The notes below the pieces were generated by a model that was not told the origin of the DNA, searched no databases, and saw only the letters and a program-made list of their open reading frames with translations. Shown one piece after another: positions 54,230 to 63,052 of a stretch of DNA of 64,000 nt. Position 1 is the first letter of the stretch, and every line of letters starts with the position of its first letter. Both the position numbers and the translations under genes were made by a program. Source of the DNA: Bacteroidota bacterium (GTDB lineage Bacteria > Bacteroidota > Bacteroidia > Bacteroidales > GCA-2748055); NCBI GenBank assembly GCA_039714655.1, contig JBDLIX010000005.1, positions 16,509 through 80,508 of the forward strand, read 5' to 3'.

Positions 54230-55279
54230 ATGATAAGAATTTCATTTTTCAACACCAATCGATACGGAAGGATCTTAAAATTACTTGCGGCCAATATCCT
54301 ATTGGCCCTGGTTGTAACAGTGGTGTTTTTTAAAGGTTATTCGCAAGGCCCGACTGTTTTTTTCACATCGCTAACCTGGGCATTTGCGATCTGTATTACG
54401 CAATGGTTGGGTCATGGTTATATTTACGACTGGCTTGATAAAAAGTACAGCTGGCATGAACATCTGATAAAACGGGCAATTTATAACAGCCTGGCAATCA
54501 TTCTATACGCCGTATTGGCCTATTTAGTCGTCTCGTTAATTGCGGTTCGCGTGGTGTATGGCGGTTTTCCCGAAAACCCCATATCCTGGTCCATAAAATC
54601 AAGTTATTATGCAGTTCTGGTTTCTTTTGCAATTTCCATCATACTGGTGGCCATAGGATTTTTCAGGAAGTGGAAAAACTCATTGCTTGAAGCTGAGAGG
54701 TTAAAAGGTGAAATGCTGAGGTACAAATATGAATCACTTCAAAACCAGATAAATCCGCACTTTCTGTTCAATAGTTTTAATGTATTGAGCGATCTGGTTT
54801 TCGAAGACCAAAATAAAGCTGTAAATTTTATAAAGCAATTGAGTCAACTCTTCAGGTACGTTCTGGACAGCAGGGACAGGGAGTTAGTTACAATTGCGGA
54901 AGAGCTTGAGTTTATAACCTCGTTTGCATTTCTGTTGCAAACAAGGTTTGAAGATAAGCTCTCAATCACAATTGCCCTGAAAACAGGAAAGGATGAAATG
55001 ATTGTTCCTATGACTCTGCAACTATTGATTGAGAATTGTGTAAAGCACAATGAGATTTCAGCATTAAAACCTTTGAATATCAATGTTTCACGAGATGATC
55101 ATTCCATCAAGGTGGTGAACAATCTTCAGCCTAAAAATGTGGGGATTGAGTCAAAGGAAACAGGACTCTCAAATATCATTCAGCAGTATAGCTATTTCAC
55201 GGACCGGCCAATAGTAATTGATAAGTCAGAAGAATTCTTTTCGGTGAAGGTGCCAGTTTTAAAAGCCAACAACCAATGA
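54230..55279 (+). CDS. LytS/YehU-type sensor histidine kinase (PF06580 His_kinase)
   Basis: Four N-terminal TM helices, then LQNQINPHFLFNSFNVLSDLV (PF06580 signature) and an HATPase-like end (LLIENCVKHN). Confidence 0.85.
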   Translation: MIRISFFNTNRYGRILKLLAANILLALVVTVVFFKGYSQGPTVFFTSLTWAFAICITQWLGHGYIYDWLDKKYSWHEHLIKRAIYNSLAIILYAVLAYLVVSLIAVRVVYGGFPENPISWSIKSSYYAVLVSFAISIILVAIGFFRKWKNSLLEAERLKGEMLRYKYESLQNQINPHFLFNSFNVLSDLVFEDQNKAVNFIKQLSQLFRYVLDSRDRELVTIAEELEFITSFAFLLQTRFEDKLSITIALKTGKDEMIVPMTLQLLIENCVKHNEISALKPLNINVSRDDHSIKVVNNLQPKNVGIESKETGLSNIIQQYSYFTDRPIVIDKSEEFFSVKVPVLKANNQ

Positions 55280-56025
55280 ATGTCCTGATACTTGAAGATG
55301 AAAACAGGGCGGCCAATCATCTGGAGCGTTTGATACATGCTGTTGCACCAGATATGACTGTTGTAGGTAAACTAGAAACCGTACGGGAATCCATTGAATA
55401 TTTGAATACAAATCCCCCGGTTTCTCTTATTTTCTCGGATGTGCAACTGGCAGATGGTTTGAGCTTCGAGGTTTTCGAACAGGTGGAGGTTCAATATCCC
55501 ATTATCTTCACCACAGCGTATGACACTTATGCCATTGATGCATTTAATACCAATGGAATTGATTATTTGTTGAAGCCCATTGAAGAGGAGCGTTTGAAAC
55601 AGGCCATACAAAAATCAAGACAGTTCACAACACAGATTGATCTGGATGGTTTGTTTAAATTGACAAATCTGGCTCCCCAAAAGAAAACCAAATCCAGGTT
55701 TATGGTAAAAGTAGGGGAGAAGATCAAAAGTATTGTCATTGATGATATTAAGGCGTTTTACAGCTATGAGAAAGCCACTTACCTGCAAACCAAGTCCGGT
55801 AGAAACTATATCATCGATTATTCACTGGATGAGCTTCAGTTACTGCTGGATGGAGACCGGTTTTTTAAAATCAACAGAAAGTACATTGTATCGCTGGAGG
55901 CTTGTACCCATATATTCGCCTGGTCCAACAGCCGTTTAAAGCTTGATATTGAAGGCATTGATGACGATCATATCGTTGTTGCACGAGAGAAAGTCCAGGA
56001 GTTTAAGCAGTGGTTGGACAGGTAA
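55276..56025 (+). CDS. LytTR-family DNA-binding response regulator
   Basis: Receiver domain (MNVLILEDE.., FSDVQLADG, LLKP) and a C-terminal LytTR domain (FFKINRKYIVSL). 4-nt overlap with the kinase. Confidence 0.9.
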   Translation: MNVLILEDENRAANHLERLIHAVAPDMTVVGKLETVRESIEYLNTNPPVSLIFSDVQLADGLSFEVFEQVEVQYPIIFTTAYDTYAIDAFNTNGIDYLLKPIEEERLKQAIQKSRQFTTQIDLDGLFKLTNLAPQKKTKSRFMVKVGEKIKSIVIDDIKAFYSYEKATYLQTKSGRNYIIDYSLDELQLLLDGDRFFKINRKYIVSLEACTHIFAWSNSRLKLDIEGIDDDHIVVAREKVQEFKQWLDR

Positions 56026-56100
56026 GTAAAGTTCGGCAACAAACTTAAAGTGCGAAATATTCTCATTCACTACATTAATGAGTGATAAATTACTAGTCCG

Positions 56101-56117
56101 GTTACCATATTGGTAAC
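56101..56117. promoter_or_regulatory. candidate HigA operator palindrome
   Basis: GTTACCA-TAT-TGGTAAC, with perfect 7-bp arms, 27 nt upstream of the higB ATG. Confidence 0.4.
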
Positions 56118-56143
56118 TATTTTGTATATTTACACAAATTTTA

Positions 56144-56437
56144 ATGAGGATTATTTCGAAAAAAATCATACGCGAATTCTGGGAGAAGTATCCTGATTCT
56201 GAACAGCCACTAAAAACTTGGCATAGAGAAGTATCAAGAGTAATATGGCACAATCCGAATCAGGTTAAAATGGATTTCGCAAAGGCCAGTATTATAGGAA
56301 ATAGCAGGGTAGTATTCAATATATGCGGTAATAAGTACAGGCTGATCGTTGAAATCGAATATAAAAAGAGTTGGATATTCATTCGTTTTATAGGTACCCA
56401 TTCCAATTATGACAAAATTGATGCAACAAAAATCTAA
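56144..56437 (+). CDS. higB: type II toxin-antitoxin system HigB-family toxin
   Basis: 97 aa. MRIISKKIIREFWEKYPDSEQPLKTW...NKYRLIVEIEYKKSWIFIRFIGTHSNYDKI matches the HigB (PF09907-like) pattern I recall. The toxin gene precedes the antitoxin, as in higBA. Confidence 0.8.
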   Translation: MRIISKKIIREFWEKYPDSEQPLKTWHREVSRVIWHNPNQVKMDFAKASIIGNSRVVFNICGNKYRLIVEIEYKKSWIFIRFIGTHSNYDKIDATKI

Positions 56438-56446
56438 CACCTAATT

Positions 56447-56803
56447 ATGACCATCAAACCAATAAAGTCTGAAGAGGATTACCAGTCTGCATTATTGCGG
56501 ATGGAAGAGATATTTCATGCAGAGGAGGGCTCTCCGGAAGGCGATGAAGCGGAGATCCTTGTACTGTTGATTGAGAAATTCGAAAATGAACATTATCCCA
56601 TAGAAGATCCAGATCCCATAGAAGCCATTAAATTTATGATGGAACAAAACGGACTAAAGAAGAAAGACCTGGCAGAGATCATTGGGTATAAGAGCAGGGT
56701 TTCTGAAATTCTTTCTCGAAAACGCAAGCTCTCATTGGAAATGATGCGCAACCTCCATGATAAACTCAACATTTCTTATGAATCTTTGATGGGAAGGTAT
56801 TAG
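56447..56803 (+). CDS. higA: HigA-type antitoxin (HTH, XRE-like)
   Basis: 118 aa. N-terminal acidic region and a C-terminal HTH (LKKKDLAEIIGYKSRVSEILSRKRKLSLEMMRNL). Lies 9 nt after higB. Confidence 0.75.
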   Translation: MTIKPIKSEEDYQSALLRMEEIFHAEEGSPEGDEAEILVLLIEKFENEHYPIEDPDPIEAIKFMMEQNGLKKKDLAEIIGYKSRVSEILSRKRKLSLEMMRNLHDKLNISYESLMGRY

Positions 56804-56805
56804 GA

Positions 56806-57468
56806 ATGAAAATTCAATTTTGCTCTGATCTGCACCTTGAATTTCCTGACAATAGAGAATTTTTGAATACTCATCCTATTCAGGTCAGGGGTGATATATT
56901 ATTATTGGCTGGTGATATAGTGCCTTTGGGAGAAATTGAGAGGCATGCTGATTTCTTCAACTATCTATCTGATAGTTTTCAGGCAATTTACTGGGTCCCC
57001 GGAAACCATGAGTATTATCACTATGATATAGCCGAGCTTTGGTCTAAGATAAGCGCTTTGAATCAAAGTGCTATACAAAATGGTCTGTCAGATTTTCGAG
57101 CGATAAAGCTAAACCATAAAGCTTTTTTGCCTTCACATTACAACAGATTGTATGAGGAGAGCGTCATTTTCCTGAAAGAGGAACTATCAGGTGATGAGTA
57201 TGCAAAACGGATTGTTGTCACCCATCATGTACCTACTTTTCTGAATTACCCCGAGAAATACAGAGGAGATGTTTTAAACGAAGCTTTTGCTACTGAATTG
57301 TATGATCTAATCGAAGAAACAGGCATTGATTACTGGATTTTCGGACATCACCATCAAAACATACCTGATTTTAAAATCGGAAAATCAACGTTGGTTACAA
57401 ATCAATTGGGATATGTGCTTTATAATGAGCATCAGCGATTTGATCTCAGTAGAACTATAGAATTGTGA
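56806..57468 (+). CDS. calcineurin-like metallophosphoesterase
   Basis: Motifs SDLHLE, AGDIV, GNHEYY, VTHHVP and GHHH. The start is 2 nt after the higA stop. Confidence 0.8.
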   Translation: MKIQFCSDLHLEFPDNREFLNTHPIQVRGDILLLAGDIVPLGEIERHADFFNYLSDSFQAIYWVPGNHEYYHYDIAELWSKISALNQSAIQNGLSDFRAIKLNHKAFLPSHYNRLYEESVIFLKEELSGDEYAKRIVVTHHVPTFLNYPEKYRGDVLNEAFATELYDLIEETGIDYWIFGHHHQNIPDFKIGKSTLVTNQLGYVLYNEHQRFDLSRTIEL

Positions 57469-57474
57469 TTTATG

Positions 57475-58224
57475 CTACGCTAAAATCAAATCAACTCCCG
57501 CTTTCTTCAACTCAATTTGAAACTTTGTACTTAAATCGCCGTCGGTGGCAATATGCTGAATATCTGCCGGATAACAAATATTAGTTAGCTCAGTTCTTCC
57601 GAATTTACTTGAATCGGACAGAACAAACAGATCCTTTGCTTTTTGAATGATGTAACTTGAAATTTCGGCCCTGAAAAGATCACGCAATGTAAATCCGGCA
57701 TCGGTCGAGTATCCGTCAATTCCAATGAAAGCTTTGTCAATGTTTATCTGATCGATACAGGTTTTGGTCATTTTCCCCACCAGAGTCTCACTATCGTGCT
57801 GGTAAATACCCCCGAGAATTATAATATTGGCTTGTTCATTTTTTCTGAATTGCCTGGCGATGTAGACGTTGGTGGTGATAATTGTCACTCTCTTAATCTT
57901 AAGAAGTTCACGTGCCAAAAGTGCATTTACGGAACCTGATTCAATCAGGATGGTTTCTCCTTCATTCACATAAGTAGAAACTTTCCTGGCAATCCTGAGT
58001 TTTCTTTCATAATTCATTCCCAAACGATTGGCCAGATCATCGGCATCTTTTAAAACCGCGCCTCCATGTACACGCTTTAAAAGACCTTCGGCTTCCAGAT
58101 CATTTAAATCCTGCCGAATGGTAACCGATGAAACATTCAATTTTTCAGAAAGCATTTTCACCGATGTCTGGTTGTCTTTACCCAGAATCTTCAGGATCGT
58201 ATTTTGTCTTTCATTGAGCATCAT
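57475..58224 (-). CDS. DeoR/GlpR-family transcriptional regulator
   Basis: N-terminal HTH (RQNTILKILGKDNQTSVKMLSEKLNVSSVTIRQDLNDLE) and a C-terminal DeoR sugar-binding domain. The start codon abuts the ROK stop codon. Confidence 0.9.
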   Translation of the reverse strand: MMLNERQNTILKILGKDNQTSVKMLSEKLNVSSVTIRQDLNDLEAEGLLKRVHGGAVLKDADDLANRLGMNYERKLRIARKVSTYVNEGETILIESGSVNALLARELLKIKRVTIITTNVYIARQFRKNEQANIIILGGIYQHDSETLVGKMTKTCIDQINIDKAFIGIDGYSTDAGFTLRDLFRAEISSYIIQKAKDLFVLSDSSKFGRTELTNICYPADIQHIATDGDLSTKFQIELKKAGVDLILA

Positions 58225-59184
58225 TTACTCCAGGGTTAAAGCAGCTGCGCCAATCACACCGGCATCACCAACGATTTTCGAAACAATTATTTCAATGGGA
58301 TCATAAATCATATCACGGGCCAAATCGTAAAAGGTGGATTTGATTTTGTCCAGATAGAAATCACCCCAATTGGTCAAACCTCCACCCAAAACTATGATGG
58401 GTGGATTTAAAGCCTGAAAGATATTGTATAATCCAATGCCCACATAATAGCCACTGTCCGATATAACTTCTTTGGAGACCGGATCATCCATATCAAGACC
58501 CTGTTTTAAAACCTCTCCACTCATTCTTGACATGATAAAATTAGAGGGTAGATTTAGTTTACTCTTTTTCCCTTCCTTCAATTTCTGTTCAAAAAGATAG
58601 GGGAGGGCCATTCCACAGGCGCACGCCATCAAACATCCCTTGTTTCCACAGGTACAGGTGAGCTCACTGCCAGGTTCTACAATGGTGTGACCAAACTCAC
58701 CGGCAGTACCGGTAGTCCCGCGATAAAGCTTTTTATTAATAATAATACCAGCTCCAATACCTGTGCTTACGGTCACAAATACCATGTCATCAAATCCTTG
58801 TCCTGCACCAAACTTATATTCCCCAAGTGCTTGAGCATTGGTGTCATTGTCCAGAATAACGGGGATGTTGAAATGGGACTGAATAGCTTCACGAAGCGGA
58901 AAGTTTTTAAATCCTTTCAGGTTGGAGGTGGTTAGAATGACTCCATCGCGAAAACGGATGTGCCCGGCACAACCCACTCCGATACCCGGAAGATCAGATT
59001 CACTCAGATCATTTCTTTGAAGCAACTCTTTGATATATTCAACGACCATATGAACCCGGCCTTCATCGCCTTTCTCCACATGGGCACAGGTATATATTTT
59101 GTCGAGAATCTCTCCTTTTTCGTCAACCAGGGCTATGGAACACTTGGTGCCTCCTATATCCACACCGCAAAGTATTTTACTCAT
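58225..59184 (-). CDS. ROK-family sugar kinase
   Basis: ATP motif GVDIGGTK. ROK zinc motif CTCGNKGC. No N-terminal wHTH, so a kinase rather than a repressor. 319 aa. Confidence 0.85.
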   Translation of the reverse strand: MSKILCGVDIGGTKCSIALVDEKGEILDKIYTCAHVEKGDEGRVHMVVEYIKELLQRNDLSESDLPGIGVGCAGHIRFRDGVILTTSNLKGFKNFPLREAIQSHFNIPVILDNDTNAQALGEYKFGAGQGFDDMVFVTVSTGIGAGIIINKKLYRGTTGTAGEFGHTIVEPGSELTCTCGNKGCLMACACGMALPYLFEQKLKEGKKSKLNLPSNFIMSRMSGEVLKQGLDMDDPVSKEVISDSGYYVGIGLYNIFQALNPPIIVLGGGLTNWGDFYLDKIKSTFYDLARDMIYDPIEIIVSKIVGDAGVIGAAALTLE

Positions 59185-59192
59185 GGGGCTAA

Positions 59193-61610
59193 CTAGCTTA
59201 ATGAATGCTCGGTTCTTGCTATAATATCATCCTGGGTATCGGGTGCCAAGGTTGTGAAAAATGCTGAATACCCAGCAATCCTGACCACCAGATCCCTGTA
59301 TTTCTCCGGATTCTTTTTCGCCTCAAGCAGTGTTTCCCTTGATACGATATTGTATTGGACATGCCAGCCTTTTAAATCTTCGAAAAAGGTGCGTATGATC
59401 GAAACCAGTTTTTGTTTGTCAGCATCTTTTTGAATGGTAGCCGGGGACAATTTCTGATTCAGAAGTACCCCACCCATGATTTTTCCGGTAGGCAACTTTG
59501 ACACCGATTTAAATACTGCTGTGGGGCCCAACAGGTCTGTTCCTGAAGAGGGTGAACTTCCCTCGGCAACCGGCGTAAACGCTTTTCTGCCGTCGGGTGT
59601 TGCCGGAACGACGGCTCCGCTGGGTACGTTTGCCGAAATACTTGAAGTCCCTGCATAATATTTGCATCCGATGGGACCCCGATTGTGTCGGGTGGTATGG
59701 TAATGATCAAGTTCTTCGATAAATTCCATGTAGGCATCCTTCAAAAGAAGATCCACATAATCATCATCATTCCCATATTTGGGTGCAAAATTCAACAGGA
59801 GCTGCCTTATTTTCTCACCTTCATCTCCTTGGAAATTATCTTCAATGGCCTCCAGAAGCTGCTCTTTTTTAATTTTTTCCTCTTCGAAAACAAGTTTTTT
59901 TATGGCTGCCAGTGAATTTCCCAGGTTTGCAATTCCAACCTGAAGGCCAGAGATAAAATCATATTTGGAACCACCCTCCTTGATGGTTTTACCCCGGGAA
60001 ATGCAGCTATCTACAAATGCTGAACACAAAATATCCGGAACATTTTCCTCAAGGGCTGTATCAACCGCCGTATCAATTTCAACTGTTTTCCGGGTATAGT
60101 ACTTAATTTGGTGTTGCCAGGCTGCAAACAGCTCCTCATATGTATTGAGTTCAGAAAAGTGACCAATACCTTTATGAAAGCGCTTACCCGTCTGCTTGTC
60201 AAGTCCATCATACAATGTGGCTAGAAACACCCGCATCAGGTTTAAAAAACTCATCCCGGTACAACGGTAACCCCATTTTCCAGGAACGGCTATCTCAATG
60301 CATCCTATGGCGGAATAATTAAATGCATCTTCCGTTTCAACGCCCAGTTCAATGAGACCCGGTATCACGATCTCATCGTTGTTAAAAGAGGGCATGCCAA
60401 ATCCTTTCTCAATGACCCGCATGCATTCCATCATGAAATCAGGATTGATGTTCTTATGGAATCTTACAGAGAGATTGGGTTGGGTGAGTCTCATTTTTCC
60501 TACCGAATCTAGAATGAGAAAACTCAGGTCATTGACTGCATCCACTCCCTCAGCTGTTTGTCCTCCTATGGTAACATTCTGATATAGAGGTCCGCCAGCA
60601 GAAAAACGGGTATGTGACCAGGGTCGGATTTTGTTAATGGAAAGCAATTTGACCCAAACATTCTCCAACAATTCAGAAGCAAACTCTTCCGAAATATCTC
60701 CAATAATTTTGTCATTCTGATAAAAAGGGAAGAGGTACTGATCCATTCTTCCCAGGGAGACCGAATGGCCATTGCTTTCGATTTGAAGAATAAGCTGTAC
60801 AAAATAGGTGAGTTGCAAAGCCTGATAGAAGTTTTGAGGAGGGCCTTCTGCAATGACTTCACAATTATTGGCAATCAACCGCAATTCCTCAGCTCTCTCC
60901 TTCTCCTGTTCTTTATTAATGAGCGAAAAAGCCAGATCTCTGTACCTGTGGATAAATGTCTGGAATGCCTCAATGGAAATGGTCAGCGCCCTGTAGAAGT
61001 GGTCTTTTTTCACCCCTTCCTGTTCGAACCTGCGAACCTGTTGATGAACCTCCCTGATCTCCTCAAGATATCCACCTAAACCAACCGACAATATTTTGTA
61101 AAAATCAACCGCAATATGAGCATCTCCGGAGGTGAGATTGCCTGTAGCTTTTATAATGGCTGAATCCTGCAGGTCACGTAATTCCTGCGACATAATTGCC
61201 CTGCCACGATCCCAAAGCACTTTTCCTTTCCACCATTTTGCAATTTCAATCAATTCCTTTTTATGGTCTTCTGTAATAAAAAAAGCATCTCCCGGACGCT
61301 TATCCAGCTCATCCATCTCCTCTGGCAGCCAATCCACGGCATATTCCGGAAAGATTGGGGCTGCCCTGTGTTGCGACGATTGGTTTCCCACAATGAGTTC
61401 GCCCTTATCAATATAAATGGTCATCTCATTGAGGGTCTTTTCAAGCGCCAGAGCCCGTTTTATGATGACCGGCTGCTCTTCATTATCCCGATAAACCTGG
61501 GTATAAAACCTGGCCCTTTCAGTGCAAACCGAAGGTCTTGAGGATAAAACCTTTTCACGTAAAACCGATATTCGTTCTGTTACCTCTCTCTTTTCCTTTT
61601 CAATGATCAT
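59193..61610 (-). CDS. glycyl radical enzyme, PFL2/dehydratase (eliminase) type, substrate unknown
   Basis: Glycyl radical motif VVRIAGYSAFF (Gly codon 59271..59273). Active-site GCIE (Cys 60300..60302, Glu 60294..60296). About 800 aa. The start is ATG 61610 or 61622. Confidence 0.9.
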   Translation of the reverse strand: MIIEKEKREVTERISVLREKVLSSRPSVCTERARFYTQVYRDNEEQPVIIKRALALEKTLNEMTIYIDKGELIVGNQSSQHRAAPIFPEYAVDWLPEEMDELDKRPGDAFFITEDHKKELIEIAKWWKGKVLWDRGRAIMSQELRDLQDSAIIKATGNLTSGDAHIAVDFYKILSVGLGGYLEEIREVHQQVRRFEQEGVKKDHFYRALTISIEAFQTFIHRYRDLAFSLINKEQEKERAEELRLIANNCEVIAEGPPQNFYQALQLTYFVQLILQIESNGHSVSLGRMDQYLFPFYQNDKIIGDISEEFASELLENVWVKLLSINKIRPWSHTRFSAGGPLYQNVTIGGQTAEGVDAVNDLSFLILDSVGKMRLTQPNLSVRFHKNINPDFMMECMRVIEKGFGMPSFNNDEIVIPGLIELGVETEDAFNYSAIGCIEIAVPGKWGYRCTGMSFLNLMRVFLATLYDGLDKQTGKRFHKGIGHFSELNTYEELFAAWQHQIKYYTRKTVEIDTAVDTALEENVPDILCSAFVDSCISRGKTIKEGGSKYDFISGLQVGIANLGNSLAAIKKLVFEEEKIKKEQLLEAIEDNFQGDEGEKIRQLLLNFAPKYGNDDDYVDLLLKDAYMEFIEELDHYHTTRHNRGPIGCKYYAGTSSISANVPSGAVVPATPDGRKAFTPVAEGSSPSSGTDLLGPTAVFKSVSKLPTGKIMGGVLLNQKLSPATIQKDADKQKLVSIIRTFFEDLKGWHVQYNIVSRETLLEAKKNPEKYRDLVVRIAGYSAFFTTLAPDTQDDIIARTEHSLS

Positions 61611-61611
61611 C

Positions 61612-62514
61612 TCATCCCCCAATTTTGGTTTGTAACTCTTTTAATTGTGCATATTGTACATAGGGTGCTAATTCAGTATCCCGAACTTGGCGGGTATCAC
61701 CAAAACTGTACTCCATACCCAACATGTTGTATTTTTCTATTCCCATTGTATGGTAAGGCAGAAAATGAACCTCATGGATATTTTCCAGGGAAGAGACAAA
61801 GTCAATCATCTGATTCATTTCATCTTCCGAATGATTAAAACCAGGAATCACCGGAATGCGTACGATCACACGGGCATTAGTATCTGCGAGTCTGGTTAAA
61901 TTATCCATCACCAGGGAGGCATCACCCTCCGTAAATATGGAGAATTTGCTCCTGTCGGTATGCTTTAGATCGGCCAGAAAAGTATCCACCAGACCAATGC
62001 ATCTGGCCACCTTATCCCAATTCACATGAAGTGATGTCTCCATATTTACATTGATGTTTCTGCTTTTAAGCTTCTTAAGCAAAGTGATTAGATCATCCCC
62101 TTGAGAAAGAGGTTCTCCACCTGAAAGAGTTACTCCACCATCTTCCCGGTAAAAAGGAACATCCTTTTCCACTTCAGATAAAATTTCATCAACGCTTGTG
62201 ATATCTCCGGATATGGTTAACGCTTTTGAGGCGCATAGATCCTTTAAGGTCTCTGGCTCAGTCAGAAGCTTGCGATTAATTTGAATTCCATTGTTCTCCA
62301 TTGGGGTAATGGCTTTCCCATCTGCTAAAAGACAATCTCCAAAGTTCCTGCAAATCTTTTGGTCATACATGACGCTGTAGCCGAAAGATTGACTTTCAGG
62401 ATTACTGCACCATTGGCAACGAAGGGGACACCCCTTGTAGAAGATAATGGTTCGGATGCCATCTCCGTCGTGGGTAGAGAATCGCTGAATATTGAATATC
62501 ATTTCGATTTGCAA
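61612..62514 (-). CDS. glycyl-radical enzyme activating protein (radical SAM)
   Basis: FSTHDGDGIRTIIFYKGCPLRCQWCSNPE (CxxxCxxC) and the GGEP motif. Lies immediately upstream of the GRE. The region where ferredoxin-like Cys clusters normally sit contains only 3 Cys. Confidence 0.9.
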   Translation of the reverse strand: MQIEMIFNIQRFSTHDGDGIRTIIFYKGCPLRCQWCSNPESQSFGYSVMYDQKICRNFGDCLLADGKAITPMENNGIQINRKLLTEPETLKDLCASKALTISGDITSVDEILSEVEKDVPFYREDGGVTLSGGEPLSQGDDLITLLKKLKSRNINVNMETSLHVNWDKVARCIGLVDTFLADLKHTDRSKFSIFTEGDASLVMDNLTRLADTNARVIVRIPVIPGFNHSEDEMNQMIDFVSSLENIHEVHFLPYHTMGIEKYNMLGMEYSFGDTRQVRDTELAPYVQYAQLKELQTKIGG

Positions 62515-62549
62515 CTGAGTTCGCAGTAGACAAATATAATCTATTTTCG

Positions 62550-62573
62550 AATGAAAGCAATATAACTTTCATT
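62550..62573. promoter_or_regulatory. inverted repeat upstream of the GRE operon, candidate DeoR-type operator
   Basis: AATGAAAG (62550..62557) and CTTTCATT (62566..62573), 8-bp perfect arms with an 8-nt spacer, 36-59 nt upstream of the activase start. Confidence 0.25.
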
Positions 62574-62667
62574 TAAAATCATAAAGAGGGTGCAAATCTC
62601 ACACGATTATTCGGAATTATTGGTAATTTCGCAGGCAGAAGGGGAATCTGAAATATCTGTTTATTAG

Positions 62668-62973
62668 ATGACAAAGCTTATTATCATTACCATTCTTGTT
62701 CTTGTTTTGAATATCCCATTCGGGTATTGGAGAGCCAATGTTAAGCAGTTTTCCACACAATGGTTCCTGGCCATTCACATACCAGTACCCTTTATCATCG
62801 CTTTAAGGTTTCTTACCGGGATCGGATTCAGCTGGTATACCTACCTTTTCCTCGTGGGCGGATTTTTCCTGGGACAAAAATGTGGATCCTGGCTTAAAAA
62901 CCGGGTTCACATGCGCTGCCACCAGGAGACTTCATGCCTGGTGATGGATATAATACGTTGTGCGCGCGCTTAA
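62668..62973 (+). CDS. small hypothetical membrane protein (about 3 TM)
   Basis: 101-aa ORF with three hydrophobic segments. No family recognised, and it could be spurious. Confidence 0.35.
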   Translation: MTKLIIITILVLVLNIPFGYWRANVKQFSTQWFLAIHIPVPFIIALRFLTGIGFSWYTYLFLVGGFFLGQKCGSWLKNRVHMRCHQETSCLVMDIIRCARA

Positions 62974-63052
62974 CCTCCTGTTTTCTTCTTGTGAATCTAC
63001 CCCATTAATTAGGACGCTCAGTTAAGCTAGGCTGCAATAAACTACCATCCAG

